A DNA stretch of 64,000 nt from Octopus sinensis. Lineage: Eukaryota. The notes under the pieces were generated by a model. It was given only the letters and a program-made list of their open reading frames with translations, made no database searches and was not told the DNA's origin. The position numbers and the translations under genes were made by a program. Shown piece after piece: positions 34,995 to 48,580 of this stretch. Position 1 is the first letter of the stretch, and each line of letters starts with the position of its first letter. The stretch is from NCBI RefSeq assembly GCF_006345805.1, contig NC_043003.1:53382001-53446000 (forward strand), given 5' to 3'.

Positions 34995-36670
34995 ATCTCT
35001 AACATAAGCACAAGGCCACAAATTCTGAGAGAGGGTATCATTGGTTATATCGACCCTTGTATTTGTCATGTGTTTATTTCATCAGCCCCCAAGAAGGGTA
35101 AACGGCAATGTCTACAAGAGCGGGATTCGAACGCAGAACGTAAAGAGCGGTAACTAAATGCAACAAGACATTATTTAATGCTTTAACCATCCTGCCAATC
35201 TACCGCCCTAATAGCCTCAAGTAATTAATACTTAATGGCATAGGTACAAAAGCTCAAATTTGAAGAAGGGCTTGTGTCGATAATATCGAAACTAGTATTT
35301 TATTTTATCAACATCGGAAGAATGAAAAGGAAAGTTCTCGTAGGATTTGAACTTACATCGTAAAGAGACCTAACAAAAATGTACTTTCTGTTATAAGTTC
35401 AAAGCCGAGAGAATAAGGACAGTCGATTACATCAACCCCAGTACTCAACATCGACCACGAAAGCATGAAAGGCAAAAATCAGCCTCGGAGGAATTTGAAC
35501 TCAGGACGTAATGCCGCCAAGTATTTCAACCGGCGTGCTAACATTTCTACCAATTCCCCGCCTTAATTCGAAACCAATATTCTTTTCTACTCTAGGCACA
35601 AGGCCCGAAATTTTGGGGGAGGAGGCCAAACGATTAGATCGACCCAGAACACAACTGGTACTTAATTTATCGTCCCCGAAAGGATGAAAGACAAAGTCGA
35701 CCTCAGTAGAATTTCAACTCAGAACATAAAGACAGACGAAATACTACCAAGTATTTCGCCTGACGTGTAACTTTTCTGCCAACTCACCGCCTTAATTCGA
35801 AACCAATATTCTTTTCTAATCCAGGCACAAAGCCCGAAATTTGGGGTGAAGGATCCAGTTGATTGGACTGACCCCAGTACGCAACAGGTACTTAATTTAT
35901 CGACCCTGAAAGGATGAAAGGCAAAGTCAACCTCGGCGGAATTTGAACTCAGAACGTAGCGGCAGACGAAATACCTATTTCTTTACTGCCCACAAGGGGC
36001 TAAACACAGAGGGGACAAACAAGGACAGACAAAGGGATTAAGTCGATTACATCGAGCCCAGTGCGTAACTGGTACTTAATTTATCGACCCCGAAAGGATG
36101 AAAGGCAAAGTCGACCTCGGCGGAATCTGAAATCAGAGCGTAACGGCAGACGAAATACGGCTACGCAAATCGCCCGGCGTGCTAACGTTTCTTATTTCTT
36201 TATTGCCCGCAAGGGGCTAAACAGAAAAGGGACAAACTAGGACAGACAAAGGGACTAAGTCGATTACATCGGCCACAGTGCGTAATTGGTACTTAATTTA
36301 TCTACCTCGAAAGGATGAAAGGCAAAGTCAACCTTGGCGGAATTTGAACTCAGAACGTAACGGCAGACGAAATACTGCTAAGCATTTCGCCTAGCGTGCT
36401 AACGTTTCTGCCAGCTCGCAGCCTTAATTCGAAACCAATACTGAGACAGAGAAGGCAGGAGCTGGCAAGATCTTTAGCACGCCGAACAAAATACTTAGCG
36501 GCGTTTCTTCCGGCTTATCGTTCTGAGTACAGATTATACCGAGGTCGACTTTGCCTTTTATCCTTTCGGAGTCTATAAAATAAGTACCATTTGAACACTG
36601 GAGTCAATGAAATTGTCTGGGCCCTCTCCAAGTAAATTTCAAGACTTGCGTCTATAGTAGAAAGAATTAT
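34995..36670 (-). mobile_element. Stack of ~7 minus-strand family-B SINEs plus one plus-strand copy
   Basis: Repeated family-B consensus; nested truncations at ~35976 and ~36192. Confidence 0.75.
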
Positions 36671-36797
36671 TATTAAGACATAATCAAGAAACGTATGGCT
36701 TGATGTGGTGAACCAGATAATTTTAATAAATTAAAAGTATACCCATTATAATGAGAGAAAAAAATCACAATCTCAATGACTGATTATTTACTTATTT

Positions 36798-37191
36798 GTG
36801 GAGGCGCAATGGCCCAGTGGTTAGGGCAGCGGACTCGCGGTCGTAGGATCGCGGTTTCGATTCCCAGACCGGGCGTTGTGAGTGTTTATTGAGCGAAAAC
36901 ACCTAAAGCTCCACGAGGCTCCTGCAGGGATGGTGGTGATTCCTGCTGTACTCTTTCACCACAACTTTCTCTCACTCTTACTTCCTGTCTCTCTTGTACC
37001 TGTATTTCAAAGGGCCGGCCTTGTCACTCTCTGTGTCACGCTGAATATCCCCGAGAACTACGTTATGGGTACACGTGTCTGTGGAGTGCTCAGCCACTTA
37101 CACGTTAATTTCACGAGCAGGCTGTTCCGTTGATTCGGATCAACCGGAACCCTCGTCGTCGTAACCGACGGAGTGCTTCCAAAAAAAAAAA
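36798..37191 (+). mobile_element. tRNA-derived SINE, family C, poly(A)-tailed
   Basis: gtggaggcgcaatggcccagtggttaggg...gtttcgattccc head; A11 tail; TSD-like atttacttattt / atttatttattt. Confidence 0.85.
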
Positions 37192-37349
37192 TTTATTTAT
37201 TTAGCTCGATGTAAAGAAAGAAGTTTGCAGGCTCTACGAGAGCGGTGAGATTGATGCCGTCAACGTTCATTCTGAGCAGTTTCTAACAACTGCTGGGGGG
37301 AATGGGTACGAGACATTTTTATACTGCCATTTTGATATCACATCAGACG

Positions 37350-37394
37350 TTCTAATCTCTTTCTCTCTCTCTCTCTCTTTCTCTCTTTCTCTCA

Positions 37395-37433
<39 letters not shown>

Positions 37434-37521
37434 CTCTCTGTCTGTCTCTCCTGCCTCTCTCACACACAAGCACTCTGCTTATGTGTGCAAGCTTCTACTA
37501 ATGTTTGTATGGATGCGTAAT

Positions 37522-37599
<78 letters not shown>

Positions 37600-37759
37600 T
37601 TCTCTCTCTCCTCTATCTCTCTCTCTCTATCTCTCTATCTCTCTCACTCTGTCTGTCTCTCCTGCCTCTCTCACACACACGCACTCTGCTTATGTGTGCA
37701 AGCTTCTACTAATGTTTGTATGGATGCGTAATCTCTATATCTATCTATCTATCTATCTA

Positions 37760-37849
<90 letters not shown>

Positions 37850-37850
37850 A
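37350..37850. repeat. (CT)n/(CTAT)n region with a ~95-bp local duplication
   Basis: ctgtctgtctctcctgcc...ggatgcgtaatctct occurs at ~37435-37525 and ~37647-37735. Confidence 0.85.
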
Positions 37851-38615
37851 CATTCTGTAAAGCCGTATTTGATTATTTCTGCATGGGCGCATGTGTGAGT
37901 GTGTTTGTCTCCTTTGCCAAAATGCACCGTCACCCAAACAAGATGAACGTCCAAGTCAGCCGTGTCAAATCGTCAACGTTCAAACAGCTGAGCCCAGTCG
38001 TTTCATTATGAAGAAAAATATGTGCAAGTAGGGAATTCCAGAGGGCCCTTAGTATGAACTGCATCAGGTCGATAATGGGGTCCTGATTCGAAAGTTCCAG
38101 AGTTTTGAGGAGTTGGAATCACCTCTTAGCCACTATTGTTCCTAGATCTACGCTAACCCAGAGCAGTAGCACCTGTTAGGGTTCCAGCTATGAATTAATT
38201 AACATATTAGGGCTTACCCACCTATGATTATGAAAAATGGAACCAGCCGACTCTCCAGAAGGAAGGCGCCTGCAGCAATACATTCTGAAATGCAGAGAGT
38301 AAGATGAGGTATGTTAGATATCTTGGTCAGATTATCCACTGCATTTGTCATGCTTCTGGATTGAAGACAGGTCCTCGTCGCTCCAACGGACGAACATGCG
38401 TAAGGTCCTAGGGTGACATTCAATCAAGGAAACGAGATGAGAAGAGATGAGTGAGTCGAAACTGTCTTATTGGAGGTGACATGAAAACAGCTAGTTCCGA
38501 GATATGGAGGCACTGTTGTAGCGGTATAGAAGCCAGAGAGTGTAGTGTGGTTGTAAGCGACTTCAAAGTAGTCAGTCTTAAAGGTGCCATATGTTTCGCA
38601 TCTGCCATATAACTA

Positions 38616-39536
38616 CGATGTGTTATCAAAAGGTTCCCGGACTAGCTATGCTTAATAAAAAAAAAAAAACTTATTTACTTAATTTCTAACATTATCTCCT
38701 TCCAAATAGTCACCTTGCGCAGCAATACACTGGTCCTAGCGTTCCTGCCACTTTTGGAATCCGGCCTGGGAGTGATTTTCCGTAAGCGAGACGAGGACCT
38801 TCTGTGATTCGCTCTAGACCTCGACAACGGTGTTAAAACGGTGACCTTTGAGTTGCATTTTCATCTTGGGGAAGAGATGGAAATCTGCAGGTGCTAAATT
38901 TGGCAAATAGGGAGGGTGCGGAAGCAATACCATGTTGTTTTTGACGAGAAACACACGAAAGATGAAAGCTCAGTGACAGGGTGCATTGTCGTGAAAAACC
39001 CAGTTGTTCACACTCCACTGATCCGGTCATTTTATCGTATGCCCTCCCTCAAACACTTCAAAACGTCGCAGTGGAACTCTCAGTTAACGGTCTGGCCCTG
39101 AGGGACGAATTCCTTATGCACAATACCACATTTCTGGGAACGATACTCGTGGCAGGGTTTACAGAACGCTCATCGTCTTCCGAGGGGGTTCTCCCTCATT
39201 TGAAGAGCCCGTGTCACTCGAAATATTGCGTACGACCCATTGCTTCGTCACCATAAGCTTGCCGAAGCATGCTCAATGTCTCTGTAGCAGACTTCCCAAG
39301 TTTAACAAAAAATTTCACGTTTGCTCTTTGTTCCTGTCCGTGACAAAATCGCAGACTACAGCAAACACGTGATCAAAAAACCACAAATTTCACAACTTGC
39401 GAAGTAAACACAGTGATGTCACTTGGCACACTACCTTATGAAGGTTACTGCTAGCGCTCACTGCACATGCAACCGTATCCTGCCATTTGTTGGCGCGCTG
39501 CAGAACTTGGTCCGGGAACTTTTTGATACCAATTCG
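38616..39536 (-). mobile_element. Internally deleted mariner element (921 bp)
   Basis: ~28-bp TIRs (cgatgtgttatcaaaaggttcccgga / tccgggaactttttgataccaattcg), TA flanks; the minus strand encodes DLAPADFHLFPKMKMQLKGHRF...QCIAAQGDY. Confidence 0.85.
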
Positions 39537-40534
39537 TACATTTCGATTTTCATAAACTATGACTATTACGCCCTGATATAAAAATGTCCAATTAATATCA
39601 ATACATTCTACTAGGGAACAATGAAACAAAATAAGAACCTGCACTATCTTCGGTAAGCAAAACAAGTAAGACATAACCGGGGAATTTCCTTCGTCTGATG
39701 CCAATCGGATATCATCATGATTTCGATTCCATGCTGAAGGTTTCCCTGAGGTATTTTCCCCATGTAAGTTATAATATCACTCAGTGTTCATTCATGGAAA
39801 ACTTATATCTCTATCATTCTAAGATTTGACAATGCGGTTTGTCGAGTATTCACTAATGAAGTCTAGTGAGGCCACAACATGTCTGGAGTTGTCTACGTAC
39901 TTCCAATGAATAGATTTAATCTTCATTACATTCTAAATTTTATCGATTTTACCTCCGGAGTTCTTTCCCCTGATGTTCTTTGCCAGACTCAATCAGTCAC
40001 ATAATATTTTTCCCACTGCAATAGATGTGATTTGAATTGATTAAAATTTTTCTTCGAACATCTCATGTTTATCATCTATTTCACCATAGATTATTTATGC
40101 ACCAACTATTTTTATGCTGCTGCTGCTACTCCTACTGCTGCTGCTATTGCATCTATTGTTGTTGCTGGTGGTGTTGGTGGTGATGGTATCGTTGCCTAGA
40201 GCCAGAATATCCCCTATTGATCAAACTTATGATCAGGATCATTCTAACGGTGCCCATCCCGTTTTTCCCCAAGATTTACTTTATCTTAAACAGAAATATC
40301 CAACAAGTCCTTCCATTTTTTTTTTTTTTTGAAGCGGTATGATGTAATTTGAAAGATACTTTATCGTTATCTTTATCGGGCATGGCTCTGTAGTTTAAAC
40401 GTTTGATTTGAAAATATATATCTTCGAATTTAATCCCACTGCTACCTTGAGCAAGTACTTTTTATTTATTTTAGAGACGGAAATTGTGTGAAAATTCCTC
40501 GGAGGAGTCGTTTTTGCTCTTGTTTGGTTGACTG

Positions 40535-40765
40535 TAGGCGGCGAGCTGGCAGAAACGTTAGTACGCCAGGCGAAATGCGTAGCCATATTTCGTCTGCCGT
40601 TACGTTCTGAGTTCAAATTCCGCCGAGGTCGACTTTGCCTTTCATCCTTTCGGGGTCGATAAATTAAGTACCAGTTACACACTGGAGTCGATGTAATCGA
40701 CTTAATCTGTCTGTCTGTCTTTGTTTGTCCCCTCTGTGTTTAGCTCCTTGTGGGTAGTAAAGAAA
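40535..40765 (+). mobile_element. Family-B SINE, long-tailed subfamily
   Basis: Near-consensus copy. Confidence 0.8.
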
Positions 40766-41959
40766 TGTTTGGTTGACTGAAGCCATCGTTCACTTCAACA
40801 CCTTTACTACCTGTCCCCACGGGTGCCTTAAACGGTGTCCATTCTGTTGTAAGCAGTTGAAACAGGTGTGTGGTCTAAGAATAACTTTATACATTGCAAC
40901 CACCAAACTCAGAAGGCCTGAAATGGTCATAGGTGTTGCCTGTCTTCCTCAGACAAAGCCATTACAAAAAAAGTGTCGTGCGACCTAAAAAGATTGACTC
41001 ATTATCTCGTTACTAGTATTTTTGGAGAGCTGCGAAAATCGTTAGAGTGCCGGAAAAATGCCTTGCGGTATTCCCTCCGGCTCTTTATATTCTGAGTTTA
41101 AATCCCGCCGAGATCAACTTAATCTTTTGTTGTTCCATAGTTGATAAAATAAAGTACCAGCCTATTACTAGGATCAATGATATCGACTAAATGCTCTCTT
41201 CCTCAAAATTATGAACCCCGTAACTAAACTGTGAATCATGATTAAAGGTGTGGAAGGCAATGAACTGGCAGAATCGTTAGCACGCTGGGCAAAAAATGCT
41301 TAGCGGCATTTCGTCCATCTTTACGTTTTGACTTTAAATTCCGCCAAGGTCGACTTTGTCTTTCATCTTCTTGGAGTCGATAGAATAAGTACCATTTGAA
41401 CACTGTGGTCTATGTGATTCCCCGAAACTGCTGGCTTTGCGTCAAAATTTGAAACCATTTTAAAAGGTTGTGAGAGGTGATGGAGAGACGGAATTATAGG
41501 ATCATCGAAAAATGCTTCGCAGTATTTGTTATGGGTTGAAATCTCAAAATTGCTAGCATAAATTAGAAACAGGTAATAGTGCAGTGGATAATATGTGTGT
41601 GCGTGTGTGTGTGTGTGTGTGTGTGGTGTGTGTGTGTGTGTGTGTATGTGTGTGTGTGTGTGTGCATGGTGATTGCTCTATCTTTACAGATGATTGCCAT
41701 CTCTCTGAGTTCCCTCGTTGTCAATGGCGATTCTGACTTTCCGCCCACGACCCCCTCAGATGAATATTCAGTTTCACTGCAGGTCGGCATAGTTTGAAGC
41801 AAAGGTGACAGACGAAATTTGTAACTTCCACTGAACTGATGAGATCACTTTTGTGAGATATGATTCCTATGAATAGCTATAAGTCTCTTCAGGCCCGAAA
41901 TCGACTTACAAGCCCTTTCACATACTACACACGTTGAATCAACCAGTTCAGGAGGAATG

Positions 41960-42590
41960 GCGTTACATGCAGTTGATCTTTCCATGGAACTTCAGATTTT
42001 TTGATGTAACCGGCCTTGGAAAGTAGTACACGGCCACTCGTTTCATACATCCAGCACTTTGTGTTTGTATTGAATTTCTGATAACAGTCCCCCCGAAACC
42101 AGCGCTTTAGGCTTTCGTGCTCAAGGCAACCGTCTTCAAAAGGTTTACAACCTTCCCTTATACGCTTCTTCCACTCAGCTTTTTCCACAGCCAGTTCTTG
42201 CTAGTTTTCTACATTGATTTGAAATACCTTCGGGTTACATTTTATGCAGTCTTTGTACCTTTGTTTGTGATTTCTGCTGAAGACGCTTTCCAACGCACAG
42301 CTCACTGTAGAACAGCTGCTTTGAAACCCTATTATCTTCTATACACATAACATGGCCTACCCTATGCATCTGAGAAGATAGTTTGAGCAACTGGATGCAT
42401 CTGAACTTCGCAAGGACTTCTACGTCAATTGCTTTACTCTGCCACTTGATATTGAGAGTGTGTCTCAAATATTTTTGATGAAAGCGCTCAAGCAGCTTGA
42501 GATACCTACGGTGTACTGTCCATGTTTCAGAAAAGTACAATAGAGTCGTTAGTACGCACACCTTGCAAACGCTCAACTTGTATGAACAAA
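41960..42590 (-). mobile_element. RTE (BovB-like) LINE 3' remnant
   Basis: VLTTLLYFSETWTVHRRYLKLLERFHQKYLRHTLNIKWQ...GHVMCIEDNRVSKQLFYSEL; frameshifted C-terminus. Confidence 0.9.
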
Positions 42591-42683
42591 TGAATACACA
42601 GAGGCATTCATACATATCTATACATATGCATAAATTACACACACTCACGCACGCATGCATGTATGTATGTATGTATGCATGTA

Positions 42684-43010
42684 TTTTTTTTTTTTTTTTT
42701 TTTGCGGATCGTGTCGTTCGCGAGAAGAGACTCAATAGATCGCAGTGTGGTAGCTGCTCTACTAAGCACGTCACTCCGAACGGCAAGTCGAGTCGTATGC
42801 AAGCGATCCTTTTCCTCTCGATCTCTTCGAACAAATCGGGCGAGACGTCGACGACGGCGGTACCGCCGCCGCCGATGTCCCAAAATAGCAATTCCGCCGG
42901 CATTGCCCAAAATATCCTAAAATGCCCCAAAATGGCAATTCGCCGCGCGAACGCGACGGGCGGACGGCGAACGCCGAGCTAAGGCATGTGCCTTGAGGTT
43001 GAGACGCTTT
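42684..43010 (-). other. CpG/GC-rich island ending in an A20 run (minus strand), origin unknown
   Basis: T20 at 42684-42703; CpG-dense body with several hairpins; stop-free minus frame 42978-42704. Confidence 0.5.
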
Positions 43011-44982
43011 TGGAAAACAACTCGGGTCCGGGTGTGTAAAGTTCGCAAATATGAAGAAGTTCGTATGTCATTAGGAGAAAAATACTGAAGAAGGGCTTTA
43101 CTTGAAACGCCTGTCTTTTCCACAGCATAGGAACTTATCCAAATTTGTTAAAACTCTATTAAATGAATAGCTTCCTAGGACTCTTGGTGGTGGGTAGACT
43201 TCTTTTTTATTTGTCTGTGTATTTATTCATTCATTTATTTATTTACTACTTTTCTTATTTAAACAAGACGCCGAAATATCGGTAAGATAATGAATGAATG
43301 TAGTTGAGTAAAAGATAAAAAAAATATGTTTATTGACTAAAACGTCCTCTGACGATGTCTTGCTGAAAGAAATTCATTTCAGTAATGTATATTATGATTA
43401 TTATGCTAATAATAGCACCGACGAATATGACACAAAGAAAACACGCAGTCTGACCCCTGTATTCTTGTAAGCGTGAACCAATTCAAAAAAGAATAAAAAA
43501 TGAGGAAATGAGAGAGAAAAATCTCTTATTTGACGACCTTGTGTAAAAAGATGTAACGTTTACAATGGGGAGAATTTTTGTGAACAAATAAAATAACCAA
43601 GAGCGTAAAACAAAATGTAATACAATAAAAAAAAATTGGGGTATTGAGAATGAAGAAAAGGGGGTATTTAGTTTTACAATGAGCCTAGATGGCGAGAGAA
43701 GTATGTTGACAAGGCTTTTACTGGTTCTGTACGGCGACGTCGGCACTAGGAAGCGACCTGCTGAGACATAGCTTGTGAATGTCGGCGGCTGTTGATTTGG
43801 TCAGACTGGTAGTGCCTCCCTCTGTAAATGTCCATGGCGGTCACAAGCTTGGGTTTCTACTAGCTGCTAGTTTTGAGGGCGTGTACAACGCACTGGCATA
43901 GAGCCGGCAAGGTGGTGTGTTGGTTCGTAAATATTGGCTGGTGGATTTCGAATCAGGTATACCGCCGTTAATAAATATATCACAATATGATAGTACTTTG
44001 TATTAATGCAATATGTGTGTGTGTGTGTGTGTGTATGTATGCATGTATGTATATATGTATGTATGTATGTATGTGTGTATGTTTACACACATACGCGCGC
44101 ACATACACACACACACACATATACACATGTGCGCGTGCAAACACAAACGCGCACGCCCATACATACACACTCACACATATACACACAGGCATTATATGTG
44201 TTGTAGGTGGGCGTTTGTAAATAGCCACAATCATAGACGGGTGGTTAAAAAGTACATTTCGTAACCATGAGGCCTCAGGTTCGATCCCACTCAATCTATC
44301 TTGGACAAATATATTCTATGGATTGCACTTGTAATTTAAAGACGTCTCTTTGTCATATACCATAACACGCAGATTCTACCAGATGATTGTGTTAAGAGAA
44401 AAAATGTATGCGGAATACTCAGTCACTGACATTGTAATTTAATGAATACGTAGTTTCATTGACCGAAAAACTCATCAGCGGATACATTATTTTCATCAAG
44501 GCGGAAAGCTGGTAGAATCGTTAACATTTCGGGCAAAATGCTTAGCAGAATTTCTTCTAATTCTTTATGTCCTGAATTCAAGTCACATCGAAGTCGACTT
44601 TGCTGTTCATCCCTTCGATGTCGATGAAATAAGTACCAGTTAAGCACTGAAGTCGATGTGATCCACTAATCGCCTTCCACTAATCCCCTTCTGCTAATCC
44701 CCTTCCGCTAAAATTTCTAGCCTTGTGCTAAAATTTGAAAACATGATTTACATTCCTCGTTTGTATATAAATCCGTTGCAACTCATTTCTTTAACATGTG
44801 GTCTAGAAAACATAAACATAGCTGCATGCGTGGCTGTGTGGTAAGAATCTTGCTTTCCAGCCACATGGTTCTGGGCTCAATCCCACTGCGTGGCATCTTG
44901 GGTAAGTGCCTTCTACTATAGTTTCGGACTAACCAAAGCCTTTTGAGTGGATTTATTAGACGGAAACTGAAAGACGTCCATC

Positions 44983-45013
<31 letters not shown>

Positions 45014-45358
45014 CGTGCGTGCGTGGAGAGAGTGAGAGAGAGAGTTTGAAGTGATGTACAGATATTGTATGTTCTTTTCTACTCTAGGCACAAGGCCTGA
45101 AATTTGGGGGGAGGAGGCCAGTCGATTACATCGACCCCACTACGCAACTGGTACTTAATTTATCGATCCCGAAAGGATGAAAAGCAAAGTCGACCTCGGC
45201 GGAATTTGAACTCAGAACGTAAAGACAAACGAAATGCCGCCAAGCATGTCGCCCGGCGTGCTAACGTTTCTGTCAGCTAGCTGCCTTACAGATATTGTAA
45301 ATTGAGAATAACGAAGTAGTCAGAATGTTAGATGATTATATATTTTTGAAAGTGCTAA

Positions 45359-45404
<46 letters not shown>

Positions 45405-46011
45405 CATCTAAAATTCTGATTACATATATATATATATATATATAATCATCTAACATTCTGATTACCTTGTTATTCTCAATATGTTGTGTGTGTGTGTTTA
45501 TGTGCCTGCGTTTGACCCCTCCCCTGCTATCACTTGACAACCGATGCTAGTTTATGTCCCCCGTAGCCTAGCGGTTCGGCAAAAAAGAACGATAGAATGA
45601 GTACTAGGCTTACAACGAATAAATCCTGGAGTCGATTTCATCGACACAAACCCTTTAAGGTTTGTGCTCCAGCATGGCCGCAGTCAAATGACTGAAACAA
45701 GAAAAAGAATATAAGAATAAAAGAATGACTCCAGTTAATATTCCAAAATTTTCCCTCTTTCAGATTTTACTTTCATTGAAACGTCGATGGTTGTTGAAAC
45801 TTTGTTTTAAATATACATCGTTGTACGTTATTTAAACGTATGTCAAGCGCTAGTCATTTCTGGGGACTGATTAGCCCCACGTCAGCCATTACCGAGTAGA
45901 CATATAGTCAAAGACATTTCAAATACAGTAATTCCTCGACTATCGCGGGTGTTACGTTCGAAAAACCCCACGGAAGGTGAAAATCCACGAAGCAGAAACA
46001 GTAATGCACTG

Positions 46012-46426
46012 AACCAATTCTACTATATGGCTCAGAAACCTGGACGTTATCAAAGAAGCTTGAGAGGCGGTTGGATGGAACCTACACTCGCCTCCTTATG
46101 AGAGGTCAAAATCTCTCGTGGAAGCGCCATCCAACCAAAATGCAAATATATGGGAAACTACCACCTGTGTCATCTCTTGTGAAAGGTAAGAGAGTTCAGT
46201 TTGCTGGACATTGTTGTAGAGCTGAAAAAGAGGTAATTTCTACTCTTCTCCTCTGGAAGCCATCTACTCGCAATACCAGAGGGCGCACACTCTCCTACCC
46301 TGATGTAATCTCCAGGGATACAGGCATCCAGCAACAGGACCTCCATAATGCCATGATGGACCGTGAAGTCTGGCGTAGCATGGTAAATTCCATTGTCTCG
46401 ACCACGGTCGAACAATGATGATGATG
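46012..46426 (+). mobile_element. 5'-truncated RTE LINE with (TGA)n tail and 9-bp TSD
   Basis: WTLSKKLERRLDGTYTRLL...VQFAGHC...AMMDREVWRSMV; TSD aatgcactg at 46003-46011 and 46427-46435. Confidence 0.9.
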
Positions 46427-46657
46427 AATGCACTGTATCTCTTTGCTCTTTTGCTTGTTTTAGCCATTTGACTGCGGCCATGCTGGAGCGCCGTTTTTAG
46501 TCGAGAAAATCGACCCCAGGACTTATTCTTTGGAAGCCTAGTACTTATTCTATCGGTCTCTTTTGCCGAACCGCTAAGTTACGGGGAGATAAACACACCA
46601 GCATCGGTTGTCAAGCGATATTGGGGGACAAACACAGACACACAACCATATACGCAC

Positions 46658-46698
<41 letters not shown>

Positions 46699-47059
46699 TA
46701 TACGATGGGCTTCTTTCAGTTTCCGTCTACCAAATCCATTCACAGGGCTTTGGTCGGCCCGAGGCTATAGTAGAAGACACTTGCCCAAGGTGCCACGCAG
46801 TGGGACTGAACCCGGAACCATGTGGTTAGTAAGCAAGATACTTACCATGAAGCCACTCCTGTGCCTATATATATTTTTTTTATTGTTTTTATAAATTATA
46901 TTTATTCATTTGATAAATGCAAAACAACACCACACACTCACCTCCCAAGTTTCCTTTTCCATACAGTATGTGCGATTCTTTGTTTATTCATCTACGGTAC
47001 ACGACGTATTTTCTTTTCATATATTTTAATTAATGTGTTAGGCAGTGCAGTACTGTACT

Positions 47060-47428
47060 GTGGAGGCGCAATGGCCCAGTTGTTAGGGCAGCGGACTCGG
47101 TTTCGATTCCCCGACCGGGCGTTGTGAGTGTTTATTGAGCGAAAACACCTAAAGCTCCACGAGGCTCCGGCAGGGATGGTGGTGATCCCTGCTGTACTCT
47201 TTCACCACAACTTTCTCTCACTCTTACTTCCTGTTTCTGTTGTACCTGTATTTCAAAGGCCCGGCCTTGTCACTCTCTGTGTCACGCTGAATATCCCCGA
47301 GAACTACGTTAAGGGTACACGTGTCTGTGGAGTGCTCAGCCACTTACACGTTAATTTCACGAGCAGGCTGTTCTGTTGATCGGATCAACCGGAACCCTCG
47401 TCGTCGTAACCGACGGAGTGCTTCCATC
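47060..47428 (+). mobile_element. Family-C SINE with 12-bp TSD
   Basis: cagtactgtact at 47048-47059 and 47429-47440. Confidence 0.85.
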
Positions 47429-48580
47429 CAGTACTGTACTCCATTTCTATTTATTAATTTATGAAATTTTTATTAATATATAAAAAAATTTACCACAGAA
47501 ATAATTAAAATCTAAAAAATATATAAATACCTATCGGTTGCAGAAACCCAGATATACTGAGGAGACCGTGATATAAATGTACATATATCAGCCAGAAAAA
47601 TCCGCGATGTACCGAGGGCGCGATAGGTGAACCGCGATATGGCAAATGATTACTATATGATCATCCCTTTTTATACTGAATATCTAATGTATCTTTCATG
47701 TTTTGTTTTTTTTTAATAGTAGTGAGGCCTAAGAAAAATTGGCCGCTTTTTCTTGCATGTCGAGCGAGTGTGTAGTGGAACCTTTGTTAGTCGTACCTAG
47801 CAGTGAAAGGTGTCAAACGCTGTTTGGTTGATAGTTATTAAATGCCATGCGAGAAGTAATGGATGTAGTTAGGTCTCGATTGTTGCTCTCTTCCGTTACC
47901 TATCAGCCAGAAATAGAATTTATTTTTAAAATGATTTTGGATAGTTGAACCGTGATATGTGGTGTTAACCGGAGATGGGACCAACATTCGCTCAACGTAT
48001 TGATTTAATCCTTCCTACAAAACGAAACTTCACCTATGTGAATTATGTGCAACGGTGAATTAGGAGCACACACAAGGACGGAAAGTGTCGCTGAAGAGGT
48101 CACAGATGTGTGACGAAAGATTTCTGGACAATGGACATGAGTTAAAATAAGAACAGTAATAAACGAGTGAATAACGAATATATAGTGTGGGTATCTATTT
48201 GGCAAAAAAAAATGACCCTCCCGAAATACAATAACACGCGCGCCCGCGCGGCGTATGAATTTAATTTTGCCAGTTTGAACCAATTATAGCAATTAAAATA
48301 GTTTCCTTGAGTAGAAGTCATGCTGTTTTTCAGATTGCTTTGCTTGAATAAATCTCACAAATATGGTAACGAATAGCAGCAAAAGCTTCGTTTTGACCTC
48401 GCTTTTTTCCCCATCCCTTCAAGAGAAATTACTCTCAGACAATTAAATTTCGAAACGAGGTAACCCAATCCTCAATAGGAAAACCGAAAATTGACATAAA
48501 ATGTGAATTTGAAAGTTGACTTCAAAGTAAATACAGAGAGGGAAGTTGACAAAGAGGAAGGCTGTATGCAGCACTGGTGT

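Larger units (their letters stand above)
45926..47655. mobile_element. Tigger-type MITE expanded by three nested retro-insertions
   Basis: Same TIR as 24705; contains RTE 46012-46426, SINE A ~46440-46865 and SINE C 47060-47428. Confidence 0.7.

Noticed and set aside
36798-36875. tRNA gene (also the heads at 2455, 17744 and 47060)
   Set aside because: These are SINE heads with A/B boxes but no complete cloverleaf, and they continue into SINE bodies.
41830-41910. CTGATGA ... GAAATCGAC as a hammerhead
   Set aside because: No stem I or stem III pairing.
42235-42930. 231-aa ORF as a single gene, and the protamine-like RRRRRRYRRRRC on the plus strand
   Set aside because: The ORF is a chimera of the GC island, poly(A), microsatellite and RTE; the Arg run comes from a GC palindrome.
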